A DNA stretch of 64,000 nt from IMG/VR virus record IMGVR_UViG_3300042884_001120, positions 32,001 through 96,000 of that record; one strand, given 5' to 3'. Made by a program: the position numbers and the translations under genes. Below, one piece after another: positions 1 through 9,286 of this stretch. The DNA comes from a virus. Under the pieces are notes generated by a model. That model saw only the letters and a program-made list of their open reading frames with translations, was not told the DNA's origin and made no database searches. Each line of letters opens with the position of its first letter. Positions within the stretch are counted from its first letter, which is position 1.

Positions 1-490
1 TCCAATCTGAAATTATTTGAGGAAAAAATAAAATAGTGCCAGAATCTGTAAATTTGTTGGCAACCATTTTATATGGTTCAATATTTAATAACTCATTTGT
101 GCTTGGTTTGTACATTCCAGCATAAGAAGTAATAATCGGCTTGGTAGATTTGGTAGACTTCATCATGCCTACTAACTCTTCGTCCCAATTTTGTGCAAAT
201 CTGTGATGACTATCTAGTTGCATTGTATATTTTTCGCCATTCCATAGTTTTTGGATAAGGCTTCTTGCCCAACATAATCCCTTACTTTCATACCAAGGCA
301 CATCTATAATTTGAAATCTATCATCATCTTTAAATTCATCCAAAGATTCATGCTCATCCCTCTGCCAACAAATACCAAAAGTAAGATTTTCTGGATATTT
401 TGCCTTGTCGAGACAGTCTTTTATGGTTGGTAGTAGCTCCGGATCTCTATATGAAGCTATCTGCACAAAAATTTTGTTAATTTCGTCCAT
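1..490 (-). CDS. GT60-like (Skp1/polypeptide-type) GlcNAc transferase, 3'-truncated at window edge
   Basis: Not in the ORF track; translated by hand from ATG at 490: MDEINKIFVQIASYRDPELLPTIKDCLDKAKYPENLTFGICWQ...SKGLCWARSLIQKLWNGEKYTMQLDSHHRFAQNWD. IASYRD, G.CWAR and QLDSH.RF are typical motifs of the GlcNAc-transferase family. Confidence 0.85.
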   Translation of the reverse strand, partial: MDEINKIFVQIASYRDPELLPTIKDCLDKAKYPENLTFGICWQRDEHESLDEFKDDDRFQIIDVPWYESKGLCWARSLIQKLWNGEKYTMQLDSHHRFAQNWDEELVGMMKSTKSTKPIITSYAGMYKPSTNELLNIEPYKMVANKFTDSGTILFFPQIISDW

Positions 491-543
491 ATTAATTATA
501 GATAAACTGCTGTCAAATTCCAAAATAGCGTGTAATATTGTTT

Positions 544-888
544 ATGTCAGCATATTCATTCATTGGAACAGCGAGTTTAGCTACAGGACAGGCCACTCCC
601 TTTACTGGGGAATGGGCAAACGTTGCGGTGGCTAGAAATATCATGCTTGCAGTTTACGGCAATAAATCCGGTACTGTAAAAGTTGGGGTACAGTGTAAAA
701 CAGCATTATCTGGATCAGCTGTTTTTCAGACTGGCGGCATCTATGAGGGCATTGACATATATGAATTTAGTCAGGTTGGGTCGGGCTATGCATCGCCTGC
801 TTTTATGGATTCGCCTGTTAGTCATATTAGATTATACTGTAATGAAACAGGTAATAATATTTGGGGTTACGCAAGTCTACAGAATTAA
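544..888 (+). CDS. small beta-rich putative virion protein, paralogous to an internal module of 53604..55748
   Basis: ORF track 538..888. ATG at 544 preferred because it lies 8 nt after GTGTAA (530-535). Shares LATGQ..FTG.W..V and NIW with the 54 kb protein. Confidence 0.7.
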   Translation: MSAYSFIGTASLATGQATPFTGEWANVAVARNIMLAVYGNKSGTVKVGVQCKTALSGSAVFQTGGIYEGIDIYEFSQVGSGYASPAFMDSPVSHIRLYCNETGNNIWGYASLQN

Positions 889-889
889 A

Positions 890-1339
890 CTACTTATTTT
901 TTAAGTGTTTTGAATTAAAGTGGTCTGTTATAATTTTTTGCCACTCATTCATTATAAATACCGCTTTAGTACCAGATAAATCGTTACTATTATTTATAAT
1001 TTCTTCGTTTAAGAATCTTTGATGTTCTTTAGTGTCTAGCATAAAATTTGTTAAATATGCGAAAACTTCTTCTTTTGTGTTAAAGATATAAGTATCATTA
1101 TATTTCATGCTTATATATTGATTATTGGTATACTTTTTCTTTGAAATGTCAAATATTTTAAGAAAAACCGCGTATTGATTTGTATTTTTTATATATAAAC
1201 CAAATATATTATAAAATGCATTTTTTATAATCTTCTTATTTCTGGTGAGAACTAGGGTTGATTTTGGCGCAGCACAAAATAAAATATTAACAACTAAGTT
1301 GTCTAATAGTTCTAGCTGTTCATTGTATTCGCTGCTCAT
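890..1339 (-). CDS. hypothetical protein
   Basis: 149-aa ORF filling the gap between two + strand genes; no motif recognised. Confidence 0.6.
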   Translation of the reverse strand: MSSEYNEQLELLDNLVVNILFCAAPKSTLVLTRNKKIIKNAFYNIFGLYIKNTNQYAVFLKIFDISKKKYTNNQYISMKYNDTYIFNTKEEVFAYLTNFMLDTKEHQRFLNEEIINNSNDLSGTKAVFIMNEWQKIITDHFNSKHLKNK

Positions 1340-1401
1340 GTCGCTATTAAATCATAGCTAATAAGTGATACGATTTATAAAAATAGTGTAAATAATCTGT
1401 A

Positions 1402-2028
1402 ATGAATGTTGTTGAAAATAAAAAGTTGGGACAAGCTCAGGTTTCTAGCTCTTTAAAAAATTTATCTAATATTTCCCCGATTTCCTACTCGGGAAGTAGT
1501 GATTATTCGCTTGGTGGAACACTTTCGATTTCTCGTTCTGACGACTTAACGCGCCCACCTCAAGTGGCAGTTACATATAAATCATTTAATGATATTTTTA
1601 ATACTTCAAAGGTAGCGTTATATGACAGCGTAAGTACCTATAGTGGTACATTACCAAGTGGTAATATAATTGCTGTTAGTGGGAATAATATTTATAAAGA
1701 TTTAATTTTTTCTAAACAAGATTTAAAGAAGCTTGGGAGTAATTACTTACCCTATTCTATTGAATTTAATGGTTCTCCTTATACTGGGGCTAAATCAAGT
1801 GATACTCCATCTGGCTATTTTTCTGAGTTCGTTACTATTAGTGGCGCTGGCCTAAATAGTTTAATAGGGGTAATTGATTGCTCCGGAAATAATATTAACT
1901 TATATACATATGCATCTAGTTTAAAAACTGTAAATATACCCGTAACTCCAGCAAGTGGGCATAGAATTTGTGTTTATGGTAACTGTTTTAGTTTAAATAC
2001 TGGCAATAAAACACTAACACTAATATAA
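1402..2028 (+). CDS. putative virion structural protein (Ser-Gly rich)
   Basis: 208 aa, GTGTAA motif at 1386-1391, many SG/TG dipeptides. Confidence 0.6.
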   Translation: MNVVENKKLGQAQVSSSLKNLSNISPISYSGSSDYSLGGTLSISRSDDLTRPPQVAVTYKSFNDIFNTSKVALYDSVSTYSGTLPSGNIIAVSGNNIYKDLIFSKQDLKKLGSNYLPYSIEFNGSPYTGAKSSDTPSGYFSEFVTISGAGLNSLIGVIDCSGNNINLYTYASSLKTVNIPVTPASGHRICVYGNCFSLNTGNKTLTLI

Positions 2029-2030
2029 TT

Positions 2031-3161
2031 ATGTCGCTAAATACAGAAGAAATTTACAAAAAATTAGGAAATTCATTAGAAATTTCGGTACTGAAAGGCA
2101 CTAACTTATTCGCAACTGGCGCTAATAAAGCTAGTGTTTCTAAAACCTCAGTTAGACCAATTATATCTGATGATTCGTCTGTATTTACGGCGGGTATTCT
2201 AGTAGAAAAGGGTACAAATAAATTCGATTGTACTGTTTTATCTCAAGATTCTAATATATTTTATACATCAGAAATTAGTATTGAAGATACTCAATATGGA
2301 GAATATCAGAAATTTTTGATCCCATTGGGTTTAAAATTGGGAGATACGGATAATGAAAATCTTACTTTTAACCCAGTGAGACTAGTGACTGGGCATTCTA
2401 TAGAATATGGCGCATTAGATTTTAGCGCACGTATTTATCCTAATAATTATTATGGTAAATGTGATAGTGTAATTGATGGTTTATTGTGTGTTTCAACTGG
2501 TAGTGAGGCAGATAAAAAAATAGTATTCGTATCTGACCATGATTTGATTACTGGCAGGGCTTTTAGTGGTTTATATACTACTGGTTCATATGCTACTGGT
2601 AGTTTTTATTCTGGCGTAACTAGCGTAAATAAAACCGGATGTATAGCAAGTGGTTTGGTTGCCAACCCGTATTTATCGGGAGGATTTTTAAGTGGTTTTA
2701 ATGATTATTTAAAACAGTCTGGAAATTTGACAGGAACTAACTTTTTTAATCTTTACGGCAATACTCTTGGAAATGTAAATTCCGGAGTTACTTGGGATGG
2801 CACAATACCATCGGGAGTTCCTTACTCTATTTTTATATTAAGTACTGGGGGTTTTTCCAGTAAAATGCTAGATCTTTCTATATATAATACTGGTATTCAA
2901 AATTTATTTTCTAGCGGAAGTTCTTTTGAGGGGCTGTCCGTATCTTTAAGTGGGGAACTTGATTTAGTATTAAATAATTTATTTTTAAATTCTTATAGTG
3001 GCATTGGCAATGGTATTGCTAGAACCGATAGATTTGCACAGTCTACTGCCTATTTGAATGCTATTAAAGATATAGAGGAACAGAAATATTCTGTACAAAA
3101 TACTTACAGGCAGCTAATTAATACCACCCCATCATCATTAACTACTGGTGAGGATAGCTAG
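2031..3161 (+). CDS. putative virion structural protein (SG/TG rich)
   Basis: 376 aa, starts 2 nt after the previous gene, e.g. ITGRAFSGLYTTGSYATGSFYSGVTS. Confidence 0.65.
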   Translation: MSLNTEEIYKKLGNSLEISVLKGTNLFATGANKASVSKTSVRPIISDDSSVFTAGILVEKGTNKFDCTVLSQDSNIFYTSEISIEDTQYGEYQKFLIPLGLKLGDTDNENLTFNPVRLVTGHSIEYGALDFSARIYPNNYYGKCDSVIDGLLCVSTGSEADKKIVFVSDHDLITGRAFSGLYTTGSYATGSFYSGVTSVNKTGCIASGLVANPYLSGGFLSGFNDYLKQSGNLTGTNFFNLYGNTLGNVNSGVTWDGTIPSGVPYSIFILSTGGFSSKMLDLSIYNTGIQNLFSSGSSFEGLSVSLSGELDLVLNNLFLNSYSGIGNGIARTDRFAQSTAYLNAIKDIEEQKYSVQNTYRQLINTTPSSLTTGEDS

Positions 3162-3172
3162 GCAAATTTGTT

Positions 3173-3661
3173 ATGCCACAAGCCGCTGTTAACATAAGGG
3201 CAAGAAGAAATTTTTACGCAGAATTTATTGGAGCGCGTAATCTTGCGTCTAATGCTCAATCAGTATTCTCATTAAGGACAGAAAATTTTACTGGTGGGGC
3301 AGACTATACCAACCCTTTGGCTGTCAGATTCGGACAATATTCTATAACACCATCATCAATAGAAAGAGGGGCCGTTGATTATTATAATAGTTTATTAACA
3401 ATGACTTCGCCAACAGAGGAGCAAATGTCAATTATTGGTGGTTTATATGAATTTTATAAAAACAATACCGAAATAGTGGTTAAAGCTTTTTATCGGAGAT
3501 ACCCTGAGAGAGTGCCATCAATTAATACTGAGGGGCAAGCAAGAGTATTTGCACTTAATTTACCTATAGTTCTTCAGATTCCTGTCGAATATACAACCTG
3601 CCCTAGTTTGCGTATATTAAAAGTTGCCCCACCCATTACTGTTTCAATTGAGCAATTTTAA
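3173..3661 (+). CDS. hypothetical protein
   Basis: 162-aa ORF continuing the + strand operon. Confidence 0.6.
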   Translation: MPQAAVNIRARRNFYAEFIGARNLASNAQSVFSLRTENFTGGADYTNPLAVRFGQYSITPSSIERGAVDYYNSLLTMTSPTEEQMSIIGGLYEFYKNNTEIVVKAFYRRYPERVPSINTEGQARVFALNLPIVLQIPVEYTTCPSLRILKVAPPITVSIEQF

Positions 3662-3699
3662 AATTGCAAACCTATATTAGTTAATTTAAAAAAACTATT

Positions 3700-4320
3700 T
3701 TATAAAGAGAAAGCTTCTAGCGTATATTTGAAAGGATTGCCTTCGATATTTTTAACTGCCACTAGCATTTTCGAGGCGATGTCTCGTATTTCTACTTGAG
3801 CATGTTCGGAATTTCTTAGTCTTTGAAAATTAACAAAACTACGAAAATTAAACATTACGTCTGCCTGTATTTGTGAATTGTATGTCTTAAAAAAGCGCGC
3901 CGACTCCTTTGCTCTTTTTCTATCTAGCCCAGCTGCTTCTAATCCAGCCAAGCATTCGTGGTACAGGTCATTGCCAGCTTCTGTATAGGCCTGTAGCTTG
4001 CTTTTCCATTCATCTGGCCAGTCATTGGGTATGTAGAATTTATCCTCTTTTAATTCTTTATATCTTGCGCTCTCGGCATTGAGAGAACTAATCCTATGTT
4101 TTAATAGGTGAATGTGGCTGGCTATTTCAGTATTAACTAAGAAATGCAAGTTAGACTTCTCAAATGGCGTTTCGTGTCCATTTTCTGCAAGCATCTTTAA
4201 AAGATTAGGAATTCTATTCTTTTTCTCTTCTGTTAGTTCTCTACTGGTAGAAGTCCATGCACTACAGGCATTTACTGTATCACCTCCATACCAGCCTATT
4301 AGTTCTACGGTATTATTCAT
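3700..4320 (-). CDS. thyX: flavin-dependent thymidylate synthase
   Basis: GHETPFE and KHRISSLNAESARY (variant of the RHRx7S ThyX motif), LRNSEHAQVEIR. Start moved to ATG 4320 (MNNTVELIG), which overlaps the upstream stop. Confidence 0.93.
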   Translation of the reverse strand: MNNTVELIGWYGGDTVNACSAWTSTSRELTEEKKNRIPNLLKMLAENGHETPFEKSNLHFLVNTEIASHIHLLKHRISSLNAESARYKELKEDKFYIPNDWPDEWKSKLQAYTEAGNDLYHECLAGLEAAGLDRKRAKESARFFKTYNSQIQADVMFNFRSFVNFQRLRNSEHAQVEIRDIASKMLVAVKNIEGNPFKYTLEAFSL

Positions 4321-4855
4321 TAATTGCAAGCTGTTGATCAATATATTTACCAACGTTTGCTGGTGTATAGGATGGGCTTTTTTGAACTTTCCCATCCTTT
4401 GCTTTAACAAGAAATGACCTTCCCGAAAACTCAACGGGCTTTACTGTATAAAGATCTGGATTTAATTGCATTACCTCTTCTTCCGTAAACAGTTTTGTCA
4501 TGTTTGAATTATGAACCTCTTCCTCAACTGGCGCAATATCTATTCCATAGGCATTCGCCACGCCGTAATTAACGTAGGAAATATCTGCAACCGCATCCGC
4601 TATCCCAACTAGGGATACTGGCGTGTTTTGAATTTCTTTGAATTTAATTTTATTTGTCTTAATTGAGCTGGTATCTAGGGGGGTATTAAATGTATCGAGT
4701 ATTCGAATACTACTTGCTTCGGCAAGTTCCAAAACCTCCTCTAAAAGTAACTTTATTCTTAAAATTCTAATATCTGTAGAAGGTATTGTTGGTATGCTGG
4801 GGCATTCTTGACCAAATACGTTCATGAACTCTTTTACTTTTTCTTGGTAATGCAT
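4313..4855 (-). CDS. MazG-like / PRA-PH family nucleoside triphosphate pyrophosphohydrolase
   Basis: VKEFM..FGQ, LRIKLLLEEVLEL, DAVADISYV.YG, EVHNSNMTK, DGKVQK.PSY. Confidence 0.85.
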   Translation of the reverse strand: MHYQEKVKEFMNVFGQECPSIPTIPSTDIRILRIKLLLEEVLELAEASSIRILDTFNTPLDTSSIKTNKIKFKEIQNTPVSLVGIADAVADISYVNYGVANAYGIDIAPVEEEVHNSNMTKLFTEEEVMQLNPDLYTVKPVEFSGRSFLVKAKDGKVQKSPSYTPANVGKYIDQQLAINE

Positions 4856-4919
4856 ATCTATATATAAATAAATTTTAATAAATAATCAATATAATTTTTA
4901 TTAATTGTGTAATATATAT

Positions 4920-5714
4920 ATGAACTGGATACCATCCCCACCTCCTAATCAAGGGCAAATCCTTCCAGATGGAACTTTTGACCCTATAGAGAATGGCGGA
5001 TATAGTAGATCTAATAGTTTTCAAGAACGTAAATTGAATTTACAAATCCCATTAAGATGGGATTTTGATATTACGTTAGCTCCTGATGTTGTGGGGGTTG
5101 CAGTTACTCAAGCGCCGTTGGTTATTCAACGACAGCAGAGATCAGGTCCTAGTATATCCATAACTGCAGAAGAAAAATTTAAGGTAGTATTAACTCCGGC
5201 CACACAAGTTATTGCGGGGTGGCCACCGGACTCACCCCCATTTAATTCTTTTGCTAGTCTTGGTCCCGTAGCTTCGAGTGATAAATGTCCTTGGGCGAAT
5301 GAAAATGAATTATTAATAAATAATTTTGATTGGGTTAAAAATGTTCGTGATTTTGGGCAGTACTGGCATTCTTTTGAGGCGAAACGTCGTGTACAAAAAT
5401 GGTTAGACGATTGGTTTATAGTAAAATGGGTTAGATTTGCGCGCGATAGTACAGAACTTGTATTATATGGTGATCTTATAGCTTTGGACAAGTATGGTAA
5501 TGTGCTTGGTAGTTGGAGTAATTATGCTAACCAAGAGGCAGCTGTTGCAGCTACTTTGTCTGTTAATTTTAAATTAATTTTATTGTGCCATGAATTATGT
5601 AACTACACATACCTTCAAGAAGGTTCTATAGGTTATTTTTATCGCCAAAGACCAGATAGTGAGGAGGCAATAAATTGGAGCATAGATGAAAACGGGTACT
5701 GGGAAGAACAGTAA
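4920..5714 (+). CDS. hypothetical protein (Trp/Pro-rich, putative late gene)
   Basis: ORF track 4905..5714; ATG 4920 lies 7 nt after GTGTAA (4907-4912). Confidence 0.6.
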   Translation: MNWIPSPPPNQGQILPDGTFDPIENGGYSRSNSFQERKLNLQIPLRWDFDITLAPDVVGVAVTQAPLVIQRQQRSGPSISITAEEKFKVVLTPATQVIAGWPPDSPPFNSFASLGPVASSDKCPWANENELLINNFDWVKNVRDFGQYWHSFEAKRRVQKWLDDWFIVKWVRFARDSTELVLYGDLIALDKYGNVLGSWSNYANQEAAVAATLSVNFKLILLCHELCNYTYLQEGSIGYFYRQRPDSEEAINWSIDENGYWEEQ

Positions 5715-5811
5715 TACGGTTATATATACAATATATAAGATATATTCAATAATTTTTACATGAAATATACAATTTAATGTAAAATAAATTTATTTGAATG
5801 TAAATAAGTAT

Positions 5812-6138
5812 ATGTCAATTAGCAAAGAGCAAGTTAACGATTTTATAAAAAAACCAAAGTTAGATAACATCTTATCTGTAGATAATATCTGGAAAGTTTC
5901 CGTTCTTGCTTTTATGGCGGCAAATTTGTATTTACAGCAAAATTATACAAGTAGAATACAGTTTGAGCGCATGGATGATAGGGTTAAAAAAATTGAGTTA
6001 ATTTTGGCACAATTAGAAATTAAAAATCAAATAGATGCCACTCAAACATCTCAGTTACAATCAATTGATTCTAGAATCAGAGATCTTGAAAAAACATCTG
6101 CAGTTTTATTGAGATTAATAGAACAGTCAAAAAATTAA
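5812..6138 (+). CDS. membrane-anchored coiled-coil protein (possible lysis accessory)
   Basis: Hydrophobic segment IWKVSVLAFMAANLYL followed by a heptad-rich coiled coil; ATG at 5812. Confidence 0.55.
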   Translation: MSISKEQVNDFIKKPKLDNILSVDNIWKVSVLAFMAANLYLQQNYTSRIQFERMDDRVKKIELILAQLEIKNQIDATQTSQLQSIDSRIRDLEKTSAVLLRLIEQSKN

Positions 6139-6145
6139 AAACAAA

Positions 6146-6358
6146 ATGAAACAAAGGAGCACGGCAGTTAATAAAAGAAGGAAGTTAAGGGCAATTTGTA
6201 CAGTTTTTGACTTACTGCTCATTCTAAGTATAATTGCCCTATTGCTCACTGTTTTATGTATGATGTTTGGGGCCACAATAGGTGCCGCTATGATAGGCTC
6301 ATATGGCTTGGCTGGGTTAGCCGCATGGTCATTTCTTAGGAGTATGCTTAATTTTTAA
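6146..6358 (+). CDS. small two-TM membrane protein (holin-like)
   Basis: Basic N-terminus followed by two hydrophobic helices. Confidence 0.5.
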   Translation: MKQRSTAVNKRRKLRAICTVFDLLLILSIIALLLTVLCMMFGATIGAAMIGSYGLAGLAAWSFLRSMLNF

Positions 6359-7392
6359 AAGTATACAACATTACCAATTTTTTTTAACGACTGATTGATT
6401 TTTGATAGTATCATTGGATCAATTGCTTTTAGTTTAGATATTTCTTCTAGCGCATCTTTGAACATTTGTGAGTTTTCTAGAATATATTTCTGAGATTTTT
6501 CGTCAGAGAAAAATACTGCTGTAAGTCGTTCGTTATTAATTAGCGGCAAAAAGAATTTTAAATATTCTTTGTTTCTTTTAATTATTGGCAGAGATCCTTG
6601 GAAATTGTTTTCATTTGTAAAAAACTCCCGTGTTTCTTTGCCATTTTTTTCTTCAAACAGTTGTTTAATCTTGCTCTCCAAACTGCCAACTTGCAATGTA
6701 ACTAATAGTTTTGTGGGATTAGTTTTTTCATCTAAAACGTCGTATATATCGCCCCCTTCATTAAAAACTTCAAGCGCATAATCTAAACGCCTTGGTGACA
6801 CTAGTTTTTGAGCGTCTTTGGGTAATCCATCCCACCACTCAATTGCTCCATGGGCAATTTTAGTTCCGAATTTATTATTAAAATAATCGAAATCAGGAAC
6901 ATAGGGAACTTTGATTTTAATTTGAAAGCGGTCAATTTGTGCCGAATCTAGATTTTCCACATCGTATGTTTCATCCTCGTCATCCGAGGGATTAATTGCC
7001 GCCCATACTACTTTTAGATTAGGAAATTTTCTGCCATTAATGCTTTTAAACTGTATTAATTCCATGGTAGCATTTCTGACTTTCTTGTGGCTTCTGTTAT
7101 ACTCATCGAAGAACATTGCTTTTAAATTAGTATTGATCATTTGTTTCGGCAATATAAAATCCAAACAAGGTTCATTATTTATTTTCGATTCTTTGGGTAC
7201 ACCAATTAAATCTGTCCATGGGTCTAGGGTACTAGAAGAGAAATATATCCAGTTATTCTCGCCAAATTCTTCATTAAAGATTTTTTGAATCAATGCTGTT
7301 TTACCAACTCCGTGCTTGCCCTCTAGCATTACATTTTTATTTAATTTTAAATAAATTCGAAGTTTGTTTTCTAATTCTTGCGAGTTTAGCAT
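6355..7392 (-). CDS. MoxR-like AAA+ ATPase
   Basis: Walker A GKHGVGKT, Walker B FFDEYNR, AAINP sensor, LDSAQIDRF Arg finger. Confidence 0.9.
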   Translation of the reverse strand: MLNSQELENKLRIYLKLNKNVMLEGKHGVGKTALIQKIFNEEFGENNWIYFSSSTLDPWTDLIGVPKESKINNEPCLDFILPKQMINTNLKAMFFDEYNRSHKKVRNATMELIQFKSINGRKFPNLKVVWAAINPSDDEDETYDVENLDSAQIDRFQIKIKVPYVPDFDYFNNKFGTKIAHGAIEWWDGLPKDAQKLVSPRRLDYALEVFNEGGDIYDVLDEKTNPTKLLVTLQVGSLESKIKQLFEEKNGKETREFFTNENNFQGSLPIIKRNKEYLKFFLPLINNERLTAVFFSDEKSQKYILENSQMFKDALEEISKLKAIDPMILSKINQSLKKIGNVVYF

Positions 7393-7424
7393 AAAGGTAT
7401 ATTATTTCATTTTTGTATAAATGT

Positions 7425-8681
7425 CTACTCAAAATTTTCTAAAAGGTATGTTTTGCACCCTCTCGGAATGTATCTTTGGCAATTATCCTTGGTTAAAAAC
7501 CAGCTCCATTTTTCTTGTTCTTTATCAGGTATAGGAGGATAGTCTCCATAACCATCAGTCAAAACCCAAACATAAGGATTTGCGTTCTTTTGCTTATATA
7601 CAAAATCACTAATACACCTAAAGCTCGTGCCACCAAAGCCAAATAATTTTTTATCTTTCATGTTGACTTTGTATACTTGCGTATCAAAACAATAATACTC
7701 AACATCGAATTTATCTTTATTAATACTGTTAGCTGCATCAAAGAAGCGTTGTGCTAGTCCTTGACATGAGCCACTTGTGTCCATAAAAAAATAAGTCTTG
7801 ATTTTGTCTTTATTTGTTTTTCTTATACTAAACTCAATTTCAGATGGCAGGCAAATATCAGATATGATATTGTACATCCTTCTATCTCTTAACGCCCAAT
7901 AAGAGTCGGTTGTTTCTTCTTTTCCAAAACTTTTTTCAAACCGTTTAATAATTGTTTCCCATTTGGATTTTTGTTTTATTGGTTTCTTTTCTAGTTTTTT
8001 TATTAAATTGCCACTTTGCGATCCAGCTATCTTATCGCTATTATTTTCGTTTTTGCTATTCTGTTCACTTCTTTGTGCAATATTTTTTAAAATATCTGCT
8101 TCCTCGTCAGAAAGTGAGTTTATTATTTTTTGTGCGAAATCTTCTGGAATATCTAGTCCCGAGTGATTGTTCACGTAAGATTGTGAGTTTTGTGGAACCT
8201 CTATGTTTTCTTCTATAATTTTATTTAAATAGTATTCAAAACTATTTTCCCTTAAAATTTCTGGTTTATTTTTAAATATAGAATTAAACCAAACATATTC
8301 ATTTTTCGGATCTATTTCTATTTTATTAAAGCCAAAATACTTTACAAGTGACTCGTTTACTACTATATCCATCGCGCAATTAGCTTGTTCAATATTTTGC
8401 GCTAGTTTTTTCTTCCCGCGTTTGCCGTGAGAGTTAATTACATGCATACACTCATGACAAATAACAAATTGCTTTTTTCTTTCTGAAATGGATTTCCAGA
8501 AATCTTCGTTAATTAAAAATTCCACACATTTGCCATCGTTATTAAAGCTAACACACGCTGTGTCGATTTCTTCTGAAAAACATGGCTTTATTAATCTCCA
8601 GAATTGGTAAAATATCGCATGATAATTTACCAAAGAATTTAAAATTTTTTGATATTCTTGGAAATCTAATGCTTTTGACAT
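7425..8681 (-). CDS. metallopeptidase-like + VWA domain protein (DUF2201 type)
   Basis: HECMH (HExxH), NCAMD.VVN, MIDAS DTSGS, GGTSF, VLTDGYG. Confidence 0.88.
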   Translation of the reverse strand: MSKALDFQEYQKILNSLVNYHAIFYQFWRLIKPCFSEEIDTACVSFNNDGKCVEFLINEDFWKSISERKKQFVICHECMHVINSHGKRGKKKLAQNIEQANCAMDIVVNESLVKYFGFNKIEIDPKNEYVWFNSIFKNKPEILRENSFEYYLNKIIEENIEVPQNSQSYVNNHSGLDIPEDFAQKIINSLSDEEADILKNIAQRSEQNSKNENNSDKIAGSQSGNLIKKLEKKPIKQKSKWETIIKRFEKSFGKEETTDSYWALRDRRMYNIISDICLPSEIEFSIRKTNKDKIKTYFFMDTSGSCQGLAQRFFDAANSINKDKFDVEYYCFDTQVYKVNMKDKKLFGFGGTSFRCISDFVYKQKNANPYVWVLTDGYGDYPPIPDKEQEKWSWFLTKDNCQRYIPRGCKTYLLENFE

Positions 8682-8682
8682 T

Positions 8683-8934
8683 TTAATGTATGATTTTTTC
8701 AGTTCTGGTTATTATAGAAATATATCCACCATTAGGTAATGGTCTTAGGTCCACCCTGCACTGATCTGTAAATCTTTTTTTACTATTGTACATTCTAGTA
8801 TTGGCATCATTACATGCATTAAATGATGTTGAACCAAGTCCAATTATTGTTACTTGCCTATACTCTGGAGGTTTGATATCAGAACAAAAAGCTGAACTCG
8901 TTCCTAATAGGATTGCTAATAATATTGTCTTCAT
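8683..8934 (-). CDS. small exported protein
   Basis: Signal-peptide-like MKTILLAILLGTSSAFC. Confidence 0.55.
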   Translation of the reverse strand: MKTILLAILLGTSSAFCSDIKPPEYRQVTIIGLGSTSFNACNDANTRMYNSKKRFTDQCRVDLRPLPNGGYISIITRTEKIIH

Positions 8935-8949
8935 GTAATGAAGATAGTA

Positions 8950-9246
8950 TCATTTTAACATTCCGTCAATCTTTTTTTGTAGATTGTCTGCTTCGGTATA
9001 ATAACCAGCATTTGCCAAAACTGATGGGGTATAGCAAACATATGTCTCGTCTACAGAGGACATTTTGTCATTTGAAACCATAATTACCATGCCCAAATTA
9101 GGTGGCGACGGAATGTCTAGGGCGCTATTGCTTTTTTTTATTAAAGTTTCTATAACTAGCGTGGCTAATTCCATAGGGTTAGAATCCTTAGGTGCCGTTA
9201 ACTGTTCTTGCCAGTCACAACCTTCAATTGTCCATAATGCGTTCAT
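8950..9246 (-). CDS. hypothetical protein
   Basis: 98 aa; first gene after a consensus sigma70 promoter. Confidence 0.65.
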   Translation of the reverse strand: MNALWTIEGCDWQEQLTAPKDSNPMELATLVIETLIKKSNSALDIPSPPNLGMVIMVSNDKMSSVDETYVCYTPSVLANAGYYTEADNLQKKIDGMLK

Positions 9247-9252
9247 TATTGC

Positions 9253-9281
9253 ATTATAAGTTAATATTTATTTAATGTCAA
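9253..9281 (-). promoter_or_regulatory. sigma70-type promoter TTGACA-N17-TATAAT, probably leaderless transcript
   Basis: -35 at 9281-9276, -10 at 9258-9253, ATG 6 nt downstream at 9246. Confidence 0.8.
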
Positions 9282-9286
9282 TTAAA

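Noticed and set aside
4321-4434. N-terminal extension of thyX given in the ORF track (similar cases at 16993, 34132, 41785)
   Set aside because: The extensions overlap upstream genes; internal starts give normal N-termini and tight coupling.
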